Shown one piece after another: positions 13,101-25,139 of a stretch of 64,000 nucleotides of DNA. Under the pieces are notes generated by a model, which saw nothing but the letters and a program-made list of their open reading frames with translations, was not told the origin of the DNA and did not search any database. The first letter of the stretch is position 1; every line of letters begins with the position of its first letter. The position numbers and the translations under genes are program-made. Source of the stretch: Octopus sinensis (taxonomy: Eukaryota); NCBI RefSeq assembly GCF_006345805.1, contig NC_043014.1, positions 37,510,001-37,574,000 of the forward strand. Direction: 5' to 3'.

Positions 13101-14002
13101 GTAGATTCCAATTATATCGGAATATGTGGTGGGATTGAGTTTCGGAAAATTCACCTGCGTCGGTTTTGTTTACCCATAGCTTTCAGAAAAATGAGTGATT
13201 TTTTTTTTATTGAAATTTTCTATAAATACCTTTCAGAGCGTGTAGATTAAAAAAACTTGGTGGGGTCACACACATACATACTGACACACATCGCATTTGA
13301 AATTTGGAAAAAATAAAAATTGTCATGTGTATCAGTATGTGCTCAGTATTTTTCTTTTCACATCAAATTCCGACATAATTGTAATTTATACACTCTGAAA
13401 GGTATTTGTAGAAAATTTCATTAAAAATATAATCATTTTTCTGAAAGTTATGAGGAAACAAAGAGATAAAAACAGAACCACACAAAATCCAAAACCTCTA
13501 AATGTAATTTTTTCGCCAATGATAAACGAAATAGTACTAGCTGAAGCGCCGCCAAAATGAAAGTTATTTGATATATTTATATAAGGATTGCCTTCGAATG
13601 TATAAAATTAACGCGAAACATACCAAAATAATTCGTAGATACTAGATTTATCTAAAAAAAAAAAAAAAAAAAAAATAGCCGGCATTCTGTCAACAACATA
13701 TTTTAGGACGGCGAACTTTCAGAAATAGTTACACTATCTTAAGGAGAGAAAAAAGGGAAAGGAATTAATTGAGTGGCTGTTTCCTTCCGTGAAATACTTT
13801 TTTCTTGTCCAAAAAATTAGATTTATTTATTTTTTTTACATTTTTGTCCCTAATTTCCATCACTTTTCCTATCTCGTGGGACAGGTGCAATAGTAAAAAA
13901 ATTTACCGATTATATAACTTCGTAATGATATGGCTTGATTATTTTCTTTGCAACTACGCCAATTATAAAAATAAAATGGAAATAAAACATATCAACGAGT
14001 TG

Positions 14003-14036
<34 letters not shown>

Positions 14037-14267
14037 CTATACAAGTAGGAATATATAAGCTGTGTGTTCATGAGTGAATTTATATTTTGTATGCAATATC
14101 ACGAGATGAAAGGCACATTATAATGTCTATAAGGATGCACGGACCTTGAAGGTCTACTTTAATATTTTATGTTTTGAATCGAGGTTAAACAGTAAACATT
14201 ATTGAATTTACTTTTATACACATAATTCAAACAAAAATTCACTATAAATAAAAGATGTTCAACTTAC

Positions 14268-14325
14268 CTAAAGTAACTCTCAAACAAAATCCAGTTCGGA
14301 GAAAACGTGCTAACATCACTGCCAT
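14268..14325 (-). other. Candidate first exon (short ATG-led ORF ending at a strong donor), possibly the GLMN 5' exon
   Basis: ATG...TTTAG|GTAAGT in a CpG-containing patch. It encodes MAVMLARFLRTGFCLRVTL and ends in phase 1. Confidence 0.4.
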
Positions 14326-14566
14326 TGTAACACTGACAACTACGAAACTACGGACAGATTTTTTTTATTTCGAATCAGTTAAAACGCGACTACGTATTTT
14401 GTTATTCTTACTCCTCAGTTGTGCGTGATGTGTCTGTATATTATCTTCATCATCAGTTAACGTCCATTCTCCATGCTGGTCTGGGTTGGATGGAGTTAGC
14501 AAGCCAGAGGACAGCTACAAGCTCTACTGTCAGTGTTGGCACAATATCTACAGTTGGATGCCCTTC

Positions 14567-14901
14567 CGGATCTTTTCCTTTTGAACGGCACTTTGTAACA
14601 TAATTTCTAGGTGGGGGAAGGATATCTTTTTTCTTCACAAATGTAAATAAACCCAATCTGTTTCTTAAAGGAGGGACATATTCATTATGCACAGAAAGTT
14701 ATTTACCTAAATGGACGTAAGCGATTGGTTAAAATTGCAAATTAAAGACGAAATATGTTACAACATATAGAATTTTCTCAATAAAGCCAAGAAAAAAAAA
14801 AACGAGGTTTTATTAACACATTCTACCAGTATACGAACTTTAAAAGTATTTAGTTAACTCGAAATTGTGTTGACAAGTGCCGTTCAAAAGGAAAAGATCT
14901 G
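14567..14901. mobile_element. MITE, GGGATC-TIR family, 6-bp TSD CCCTTC
   Basis: TIRs and direct repeat read directly. A truncated copy lies at 15214-15308. Confidence 0.8.
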
Positions 14902-15989
14902 CCCTTCCTAATGTCAACTACTTTACAGAGTGAACTGGGTACTTTTTATGTGATACAAGCATAGGCTGGGGCCCACAAAGTAACCTGCAAGGCAAAGACA
15001 CCCCACCCTCGACTGGTAGGAGGAGTAGTATGATGGAGGTGGATTTGTGCTAATTGATGAGAGTTTAGAGAATGACAGAGAGACAGAAACAGAATGTCCT
15101 CCTGTAGAAGAGATACATAGCTGCCCTGCTGTATCTAGACGCTGAAGATGTGACAACTGAAGGTTTTATTTAGTCCCAAGAACATGCAAACTCGAGTTAG
15201 TTAATAAATTTATGGGATCTTTTCGGTTTGAACGGCAGTTAGGGGTGGGGGAAGGGTATCTTTTTTTCTTCACAAATGTAAATAAACCCAATCTGTTTCT
15301 TAAACGAGTTGTAAAGAAATAGGTATTTCGTCTGCCGTTACGTTCTGAGTTCAAAATTCCACCGAGGTCGACTTTGCCTTTCATCCTTTCTGGGTCGATA
15401 AATTAAGTACCAGTTACGCACTGGGGTCGATGTAATCGACTTAATTAATTTGTCTGTCCTTGTTTGTCCTCTCTATGTTTAGCCCCTTGTGGGCAATAAA
15501 GAAATAAGTAACTTTAGCAAGCAGGGCGAAATGCTTAGCAGTATTTCGTCTGACGCTACGTTCTGAGTTCAAATTCCGCCGAGGTCGATTTTGCTTTTCA
15601 TCCTTTCGGGATCGATTAAATAAGTACCAGTTAATCACTGGGATCGATGTAATCGACTTAATCTTCTTGTCTGTCCTTGTTTGCCCCCTCTATGTTTAGC
15701 CCCCTGTGGGCAATAAAGAACTAAAAATTAATAGCATCCATCCAACTCTTGTGTGATTAAACACGCTCCACAGATCTTAAATCGAATGTTATCGGCTTAA
15801 AGGATATTATTTTTGACATTGTTAGATTCTATGGCTAAATTTAGACGTATAAAGGTCCTGTCTTATCTAGTATCCAATAAAGCGCCTGTCATGCAATCAT
15901 TTACCGCAACTTTAATAATTTTTGTTTGTTCCCAGACAGCAGCTAGCTAAAGAATTGAGACCGAAGTGGGAGGGTCTTCTCAGGAACCT

Positions 15990-16912
15990 CATATCATCAG
16001 ACTTCTCGGTCCATTGTCATTTCCTCTGTGAGGCTCAATATCTTGAGATCGGCTCAAGCTACTTCGTCCCATATCTTCCTGGGTGTTCCACTCCCCCAGG
16101 TTCTATCCACTCTAAACTATCAGTACTTTTTTTATACAGCTATTGTTATTTATGCGCATCATATGTCCAAACCGTCACAGTCTTCTCTCTTGCAAGCTAT
16201 ATCTGATTCTTCTTATGCCTAACCTTTCTCTCCACGCATTTGCACTTTGTGGTCCCTGCACTCTGATGTTACACATTCATTGAAGCATACTAGCTTCATT
16301 CCTCTCCAGTCTTTGTAGTCTTCTGCATTCAGGGTCCACGTCACACTAACATAGAGCATAGTCGTTCGTACGCAGATATCATACAATCTGCCTTTCACTC
16401 TGAGAGAGAAGCCTTTTGTTGCCAACAGAGATAATAGCTCTCTGAACTTTCTCCATCCGATTCTTATTCCAACAACTATGCTTTCAGGGCATACTCCTCC
16501 ACTATTAATTTGGTCACCTATTATTATGGGGATAATAATGATAATGGAACACCCCCTCCCACATGACGAGTGGTATGTGGTAGTCGTTACAAATACTGTG
16601 ATGTCGAGAATTCGGGGTAGTCGGTCATAGATAATCGTGTCTTACTTGTCTAACTAACTATACTGCTATACCGGAGTGGACGTTACAACAGTCCGATGTC
16701 GAATTACAATACCTATGTAACAGAAACTATCATCAGACTCTAAAGAGCCTCCTAGGCATTTGAGAAATTGCCGTGAGTCTTTAGTGTTTATTGTTCCTGT
16801 GCATGTCACATACTTAGGCGACTTTTCCTGCATTTTTATGTGTCTATATCTTGCACTGGGTTCCACAAATGGAATTCCTTCCAACACTTTTTCTACATAC
16901 TGACAGGCCGTC
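15990..16912 (-). mobile_element. RTE-clade LINE 3' fragment, decayed, with an internal insertion
   Basis: CSVCRKSVGRNSI..TQC, DSFCYIG|DQINSGG..RIGWRKFRELL..KGFSLRVKGRLYDICVRTTMLY, typical of RTE C-terminal ORF regions. Confidence 0.8.
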
Positions 16913-17660
16913 AAGTATACAAAGTATATGTGAGTGCAAACATGGATGTATGCGTTAAGCACGGAGCATTGAAAGAGCCTATAATTTGACGTTAGAAGAA
17001 TGTTCAGACACAAGGATGATAAATACCAGTTCGTGGTCAAGGTACACGATAGCTGAAGTGTTGTAACAAGAAGTTGAGGCTGCAATGCAGAACCAATTGA
17101 GGCATATGTCGTTTGGGGAGCTGTGGATACCATGCAGAGCCGGTTACTTGCTACAGGAGTTCTCGCAGGTAGTGTTGCTGTTAACCATGGTGATGTAATT
17201 CACGAACAGTGAGGAGATAGAACCTGTGCAAGTGCTGCTAGTTGCTGTGTTCGTAGAGAGATGTTGTTGACGACGTTAAGACGGAGGAGACAGAGATGGA
17301 GGTCCTGAATGCTGCTGGACGAAGTTGAGTCTCTATGTGGCTGCTGGTGTGTTGTCGCTGGAACTAGCTGTGTGTTCTGTGGTTAGTGGTTAGACCTAAA
17401 AAGGTTTTGAACCGAAAGACGTCAACTCAAAGTGTCGCTAGAGTTTATAGTGAACAGTCGGCTCAAATTGAGGTTTAGAAGAGACTGTCTCACGTGACCT
17501 TATCAGAAGGTTGCGAATGGTTGAGTTGCACATTGGCGCGCAACAGAGCAAGAGAGAAAAGTACACCAATACCAACCAATCAGCGTAGTGGACACAACAG
17601 GGTCCAAAAGGGTCTCCGAAGGCTAGCTGTTATCTACTACGTTCGTACTTATGTATATAT

Positions 17661-17664
<4 letters not shown>

Positions 17665-17730
<66 letters not shown>
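17665..17730. repeat. (GA)n microsatellite
   Basis: Direct reading. Confidence 0.97.
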
Positions 17731-17733
<3 letters not shown>

Positions 17734-19443
17734 CGCTACAGGCTGTAACTGTGGTTGATGGGCAATTGGAAATTGTTTAGGCAGCGTTTTGTTCTCATTT
17801 ATAGCTATGTTAAGATAAAGATTTATGTAGTAATTTTGCAATACCACGTCAGCATTTGAACATAATTTATTGCATTGCTTCAATATGAAAAGATGTTCAT
17901 GTATTATATACTTAATGGAAACAGTAAGGTGAAAATAACATAACATGCAAGGGAAATGTCTGTTCGAAATTTAACACTTGGACTGGTTTTGACATATCAA
18001 ATAAATATACAGGCACCGTGTCGGGTCTTCTTCTTCGACATTCTCGATTGAATATGCAGCCGTTAGAACAACTAGAGGAAAGAGAGAGAGAGAGGGGGGA
18101 GTGAGAGTGTAATTCGAATTCGTCCTAAGACACTCTAAATTTGACGAGAGTGAAGATCATCATACCGGCTCAGACATCTTAACACTGCGAAATTACTGAG
18201 TTGACTCTGTGACTCAAGTGTGATTCCTCCGCTCATTATACTCTGATTCTGGGTAGGAAAGAAAAACGCGAAATTACTGAACAAGAAGAATCAGTTCCTC
18301 ACAAAGTACGTTCACGTCAAAAAATAAAAATAGAAATAAAAAAAATACAAATTACGATGAAAGACAACCAAAGTGGAGTCAGCTCATCCGGAAGAATTCA
18401 TGACTGGGCGATTATTAGCAAAAATAATTTATATTTTAATTAATAATTTATAAGCAAAAATAATAACCTGGTCATTATGGTAAAGCTGATGACGTACTTG
18501 AAGGAATAGAACTTGAATCTTATACGAGGAAGATCAAGAGAAATAGTTGTGTTGAGTGGAGTGTGATGCCTATATTTTGGGGATATCAGAGGGAAATTCT
18601 TTGCTCTTTTGCTGTGAAAGTGGTCACTCTTTGAGTTGCAACGCTTGTCAGAGATGTTCTTATAAGAATGGGGCAAATAAACCATTTCATATCACTTGTG
18701 TCCTTAATACTCTGGAGCGGAGAGTGAAAGAAGAAAAAAGAAAAGAAAGAAAAAGAAAGCATAAACATGACTGAATTTAATAAATTTGAAAGTATTTTTC
18801 ATATCGAAGGAATCGATGATAAAAGCGTTACGACCGGCGAACGAACTTAGTACAAGTAGCGGACGGGCATTTTACTTAAGCATTCTGAATTTGAAGACAC
18901 ACCGATATTCTTATTGTTTTATTGGGATCATCGACCTAAATAAAACTGCATTATCGGTGTGCGAGACGAATATAAAAAATAGAAACATCTATTTCCTGTG
19001 TATCTTTCTGATTCCAATGTATTTATAACACGTAACTTATATGACGCCAAAACGATTTTTATAAAACGTAATAATATTATTACTGTTATATCTAAATTTG
19101 CACAGGGACACGTATTCATACGTAACCGCACGTAACCTTCGCAACGCTAATAACAAACAGGAGGAGTAAACATTGGTTATGAGATGAAATGTTTTGCCGG
19201 GTGTAGGCAGTCTTTTACGAACTGATGTATCGTGAGTGTCGGGTATGCCTTTTGTATACATTTCTTCCCCCACCTCTCCCCCTCATTCTCTCTCTTTCTT
19301 TCTCCCATATATATATATATATATATATATCACTTTGACTTTGATCACTTTGACCGACCAGTCCGTCAGGCGTCCATTTGACATCGCTGGTCACAGCACG
19401 CTGTCCACTCCTCTCTGGAGTATATATATATTATATATATATA

Positions 19444-19490
<47 letters not shown>

Positions 19491-19491
<1 letters not shown>

Positions 19492-19761
19492 TTTATTTAA
19501 AAGCAGCAGAAATTCAACAAAACCTGTTACTCGGAGTTTCACGTTCCCGTTGTCGGACAGTTTTTGTTAAAAAAAAAAAAAAAAATATATATATATATGG
19601 TAGAGCTCCATTTTTTTTTAAAACTGTCCGAACGGTAACGTGAAACTCCGAGTAACAGGTTTTGTTGAATTTCTGCTGCTTTTAAATAAAGCATATTACT
19701 CTACTCCTGATATTTGAGTACTCTTTTTCCACCTTGTTTCACATTTATGTGTTTACTCCGG
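19491..19761. mobile_element. Hammerhead-tail family (ends ...TTTACTCCGG + TA), with an inverted partial copy
   Basis: 19491-19567 is inverted relative to 19618-19691. The same family occurs at 21475-21631 (+) and 22387-22505 (-). Confidence 0.7.
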
Positions 19762-21475
19762 TATATATATACGCACCCGCGCGCGTGCGTGTATAATATC
19801 TGTCTATCTAATTCGATATATATAAACAATTTATTTACAAGATAGTATAGAGTAATATATTTATCTTATAGTCAAACTTATTTTCAGCTATGTGTGTGTA
19901 TGTATGTATTTATGTATGTATGTACATGATATATATTATTTGGTGTCATCGATCAATTTATAGAAAAGAGCAAAAAATTTACTGATGGTAGAACTCCATA
20001 TATTTAACAGAAGTTAACTCCAAATGTGATTTCCTGTTTCGTTATATTGGTGCGATAAAAAATCCCCACAAAAAACGAAATTAGAAGTCACATTATATAA
20101 CTGTGTGTATAATGACATACATACATACATAGAAAAATACCCTGTTGATGTTGAAATTCCAATGAAGGAGCCTCGGATCTATGTTAGAAACCGGCTCTTT
20201 CTCTATTAGCAAGAAATCTTAAAATAAAACTGAAACACACACACACACACATGCATATTTTCTTACGCACTTTCAGTTAAGTCAGAACGTCAATATTTTA
20301 ACTTCATATATTACGTTCACTAAATCTGAATAGATTATTTCTAGTACTTTGTTGATAGTTGTTCCCATTCGTATGCTTTGCACGCTGAGATCATTAAAAA
20401 TACATTATCTAAAAGCATTAGAATACATTATAATATCTGAACATCCAAAACGCATCGTTTATTTATAAGTTGCTCAGAAGCTGAAAGTTAAACACGGGAT
20501 GCCAGTCAGTCTTTGACTGGAGCTCCCTTTAGCTTCAATGACCATCGGAATACGTCCTTGAAAAAGTAGCAATCAAGAAAAGAAGTAATAATAATTTCAA
20601 GTTTTGGAACAGGCCAGCAATTTGAAAGGACGGAGTTGATTACATCTAGCACGTCATTTTATGGACTCCGACATAAATGCTGCTAAGCATTTCGTCCGAC
20701 GCGCTAACTAGCTTTTCCACCTTAAAAGAAGCAACAGTTATTTAAAAAAAATTTTGGCTCAAGAGAAGAAATTTTACGTGGACGGTTTTGGGCAATTTCT
20801 TTGAACTCAGTACTTGAGTGTTTGTGTGTGTTTAATCGATCCCGTAAGGATGAAGTGCAAAAATTCACTGTGGCCAGATTTGAATTCAGACCGTAAAGAG
20901 TGGAATGCTGCAAAGTATTTTGTCCGACTTGCGAACGATTGTCTGTCTGTCAGTTTGTTTGTCTGTCTGTCTGTCAGTCAGTCAGTCAGTCTGTCTGTCT
21001 GTCTGTATGTATGTATATATATATATATATATATCCATATCTATCTATCAATCGATCTATATCTATCTATCTATATATATATACACATAAATATGGGGAT
21101 AAGCAAATTAGATCAATATATAAAGTTTATTAGATACATGAAATACAGAATATGCATACATGTATACATATAAAAAGGGCCAATTTACACAGAGTAGAAA
21201 TGATATAGAAAAGTAAAGGAGTGAAATAAAGATACTACAAATCCAACAGCTGTTTCTGGGGTCTCGACGATCCTTAATAATGTTTGTAGATTAATTCCAT
21301 CAGAAAATGCGGCCTTTTGGGTGCCTTTAACATACGGCCGCATTCTCTGATGTAATTAATCAATTTGCTTCTATATCCGCTCAAGTTAGAATATTTTGGG
21401 CACTACAAAGTGTATTCTATATGGAGAACATCTGAATCTCATCCATGATATATATATATATATAATATACATATT

Positions 21476-21513
21476 TCGTCCGACGAACGGGAACGTGAAA
21501 CTCTGAGTAACAG
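21476..21513 (+). ncRNA. Minimal type I hammerhead-like motif with CCGACGA core
   Basis: CCGACGA-ACG(GGAA)CGT-GAAA-CTC(T)GAG-TA|ACAG. Stem I is damaged in this copy but perfect (CTGT/ACAG) in the 19.5-19.7 kb copies. Confidence 0.6.
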
Positions 21514-21628
21514 CTTTTGTTATATTTCTGCTGCTTTTAAATAAAGCATATTATTCTACCTCTGGTATTTGAGTACTCTTTTTTCCACTTTGTTTCACAT
21601 TTATGTGCTTACTTACTTTAACTTACTC

Positions 21629-21704
<76 letters not shown>

Positions 21705-22033
21705 ATCAATATAGGGTGGCAAAAAATTTTGTAGAAATTTTTGCCACCAGCGGCCTAGTGGGAAAAAATTAAATAGTCATAGACCATTTTTACGTTCAAC
21801 ATCACAATCAAGGATCGGCCATAATAGGCCATTCACCCACTAGAAATAACAGCCAAAGCTTCAACCGCAAATAAACATCAATTCGTAAACCAGGAGAAAA
21901 TTAAAAAACATTTACCCTGTAATAATGTTTTTTAATTTTCTCCTGGTTTACGAATTGATGTTTATTTGCGGTTGAAGCTTTGGCTGTTATTTCTAGTGGG
22001 TGAATGGCCTATTATGGCCGTTCCTTGATTGTG

Positions 22034-22035
<2 letters not shown>

Positions 22036-22130
<95 letters not shown>

Positions 22131-22154
22131 ATACGTATATATATGATATATATA

Positions 22155-22222
<68 letters not shown>
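22036..22222. repeat. Long (TA)n microsatellite (others at about 19430-19490, 21633-21700, 24275-24410, 62088-62200, 62365-62420)
   Basis: Direct reading. These explain the IY-rich ORFs. Confidence 0.97.
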
Positions 22223-22226
<4 letters not shown>

Positions 22227-22569
22227 CGTAGGCGTGACTCCAAGGTTAGAAGCCTGCTTTACAACCATATGGTTCAGGCTTCGGTCCCATTGCGTGGCAC
22301 CTTCCGCTAGTGTCTTCTACTATACCCTCGGGCTAACTAAAGTCTTGTGAGTAGATTTGGTAGACGGAAACTTATATATATATATACCGGAGTAAGCACA
22401 TAGATGTGAAACAAGGTGGAAAAATGAGTACTCAAATACCAGAGGTAGAGTAATATGCTTTATTTAAAAGCAGCAGAAATATAACAAAAGCTGTTACTCA
22501 GAGTTCGTGCTTGTACAGATATGTAGCACACGCTCGTCGGATTTTCGTTTTCGTGCAAGATGACTGAAC

Positions 22570-23285
22570 GCCTAGAGTAGTGACCATAAACCTATGTCTC
22601 ATTAACAGTGCTGGCAGCCTTCATGAAGTTCTGGGTCCTGGTTTGCGCAGTCAAACATTTCCTCTGCGATATCCATGCGGAGTTGCTTCTGCTGTTCCTC
22701 CAGCATCCTGAGGGAATTTTGCGGACGCTCACCGCATGCACATATCCTCCGTTAAAATGCAATGTACTGATCCTCTGTTTATTCCCACTTCGTGAACAAT
22801 TTCCTGGATTGTTAATCAACGGTCTTCCATGATTATTCGCCGAACATTCTCAATTGACTCCTCGCTCCGGCTTGTAGATGGTCTTCTTGCCTGAGCGTGC
22901 CTCGCTCTCCACTAAAGTATAGCTACGTCTAAAGCGGTTGTACCATTCTTTGATTTGAGTTTTGCCTTTGGCATCATCGCCAGAGGCTTACTGAATCTTC
23001 TGGATGGTTTGAGCATGAGTATCGTCAAGGTTTTGGCAAAACATGATGCAATACCTCTACTCAATGGTTGCTGCTGGAAGGCCATATGTATGGCAGCAGG
23101 ATTCAGCTCCTCTCCATACTTCCAGAAAAATGTCAGAAGCGGTTGTTGGAGAATTTTTACGGTTTCACTAGCCACAATTTCTGGCCTCCTAATTTCTCCC
23201 GATTCTAATCCCATAGATTACTGTGTTGGGGATGCGGTTGAGAAAAATACCAACCATCTGCCTGCAACACCAAAGCTGAGATGGT
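22570..23285. mobile_element. Tc1/mariner transposase fragments (both strands)
   Basis: Minus strand QKQLRMDIAEEM..DPEF / FMKAASTVNET (decayed ITGDET motif). Plus strand WPPN..PDSNPIDY (decayed SPDLNP motif). Confidence 0.65.
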
Positions 23286-23290
23286 AATCA

Positions 23291-23525
23291 AAGTGGCGAG
23301 CTGGCAGAATCGTTAGCACGTCGGGCGAAATGCTTAGCGGTATTTCGGCTGCCGTTACGTTGTGAGTTCAAATTCTGCCGAGGTCGACTTTGCCTTTCAT
23401 CCTTTTGGGGTCGATAAATTAAGTACCAGTCATGCACTGGGGTCGATGTAATCGACTTAATACCTATGTCTGTCCATGTTTGTCCCCTCTATGTTTAGCC
23501 CCTTGTGGGTAATAAAGAAATAGGT
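23291..23525 (+). mobile_element. Octopus SINE, family B (head GGTGGCGAGCTGGCAGAATCGTTAGC)
   Basis: Other copies at about 15305-15720(+, tandem), 20690-20900(-), 29600-29780(-), 40273-40460(+), 43914-44145(+), 50700-50925(-), 54570-54787(+) and 59745-59960(+). Confidence 0.88.
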
Positions 23526-23559
23526 AACCAAGATCAGTGAGGTATTTGAAGATCTATAG

Positions 23560-23800
23560 TAGTTGAAAACTTGGCTAGGTGACTCTAGTATCCGAGAACA
23601 AAGCTGTCACATGGCTTAGTATAAGCTCTCCATACTTTCAATAGACTTTGGTAACATTGCTTCATTTCCTTAAGGGTAGTTTTGTTCATGAGGAGCTGTT
23701 CGGTACAGCTCCATACTTCATTCTTTCCTCTTCCTTGCTCATCTGTCACCATGTTATGTGTTTCGAAGTGATCCTGGGGAAATGCATTCAAGCATGCTAT
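23560..23800 (-). mobile_element. Reverse-transcriptase fragment, R4/NeSL-like non-LTR element
   Basis: EQGRGKNEVWSCTEQLLMNKTTLKE..LLKVWRAYTKPCDS resembles the EQ.G...G..GC.EQLLI.K....W.DY.KAFDS segment. Confidence 0.6.
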
Positions 23801-24270
23801 GCAGCTTTTTTTTTTTTTTTTATCAAATAAGATTTCTGGTTTTTAGGTACGAGTGTTGTACGAGCAAGTATCGTCAGTCAGTGTGGCATAGCGAGTTCAT
23901 CGTTCATCGAGCAGGTTGAAGGGTGATACTCTGTAGAACGTGAACTGTCTCATTAGTTTTACAACAACGATCTGGATAGTTTGACTGGTGATATTTTAGA
24001 AAAGGCTGGCAGAATCATTAGTATGCCAGGCAAAATGTTCAGCGATATTTCGTCCATACTCTTACTCTTTACTCTTTTACTTGTTTCAGTCATTTGACTG
24101 CGGCCATGCTGGAGCACCGCCTTTAATCGAGCAACTCGACCCCGGGACTTATTCTTTTGTAAGCCCAGTACTTATTCTATCGGTCTCTTTTGCCGAACCG
24201 CTAAGTAACGGGGACATAAACACACCAGCATCGGTTGTCAAGCAATGCTAGGGGCACAAACACAGACACA

Positions 24271-24411
<141 letters not shown>

Positions 24412-25139
24412 TATATACGACGGGCTTCTTTCAGTTTCCGTCTACCAAATCCACTCACAATGCTTTGGTCGACCCGAGGCTATAGTAGAAGACACTTGCC
24501 CAAGATGCCACACAGTGGGACTGAACCCAGAACTATGTGGTTCATAAGCAAGCTACTTACCACACAGCTACTTCTACGCCTTGGCGGGCAGGTGACAAAA
24601 GGGAGCAACAGGCTATGGAAAATCATCCATAATGAACCCTGTCTGACCCATACAAGCTTGGAAAAGTAGATATTTAAAAATATCATTAATATAAAATAAG
24701 ACATATAATACACCAAGCAAATAAGTATTAAGGATGTCCAGATATTAGTGCATTATAGGGATCTTTTCACTCACAAGGCTTTGGTCGGCCCGAGGCTATA
24801 GTAGAAGACACGTGTCCAAGGTGCCACGCAATGGGACTGAACCCGGAACCATGTGGTTGGTAAACAAGCTACTTACCACACAGCCACTCCTGCGCCTACA
24901 CAGCCACTCCATCTTCACGTTCTGAGTTTAAATTCCGCTGAGGTCTTTGGCATTCATCCTTTTGTGGTCAATAGATTAAATACCAGTTGAGTATGGGGTT
25001 CGATGTAAGCGACTGATCCCCTCCCCCAAATTTCCGGCCTTGTGCCTATAGTAGAAAGGATATTTTAGGATATTTATTTGTACAGTACATATTCCGTATC
25101 TAATTTAATTTAACCACAGTGTACTGTGACTGTATAGTG

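Larger units (their letters stand above)
21475..22505. repeat. Nested inverted structure: two facing copies of the hammerhead-tail family enclosing a 112-bp-arm hairpin and (TA)n
   Basis: 21475-21631 vs 22387-22505 inverted. Inner hairpin 21801-21912 / 21924-22035 with one mismatch. Confidence 0.8.

Noticed and set aside
20140-20210. CCAATGA..GAAACCGGCTC hammerhead-like remnant, and GAAACAGCTGTT at about 21245-21256 (-)
   Set aside because: The core or stems are too degraded to support a call. They may be older relics of the same class.
21962-22310. IY-repeat ORFs here and at 19236, 24201, 52903 and 62063
   Set aside because: (TA)n microsatellite read-through.
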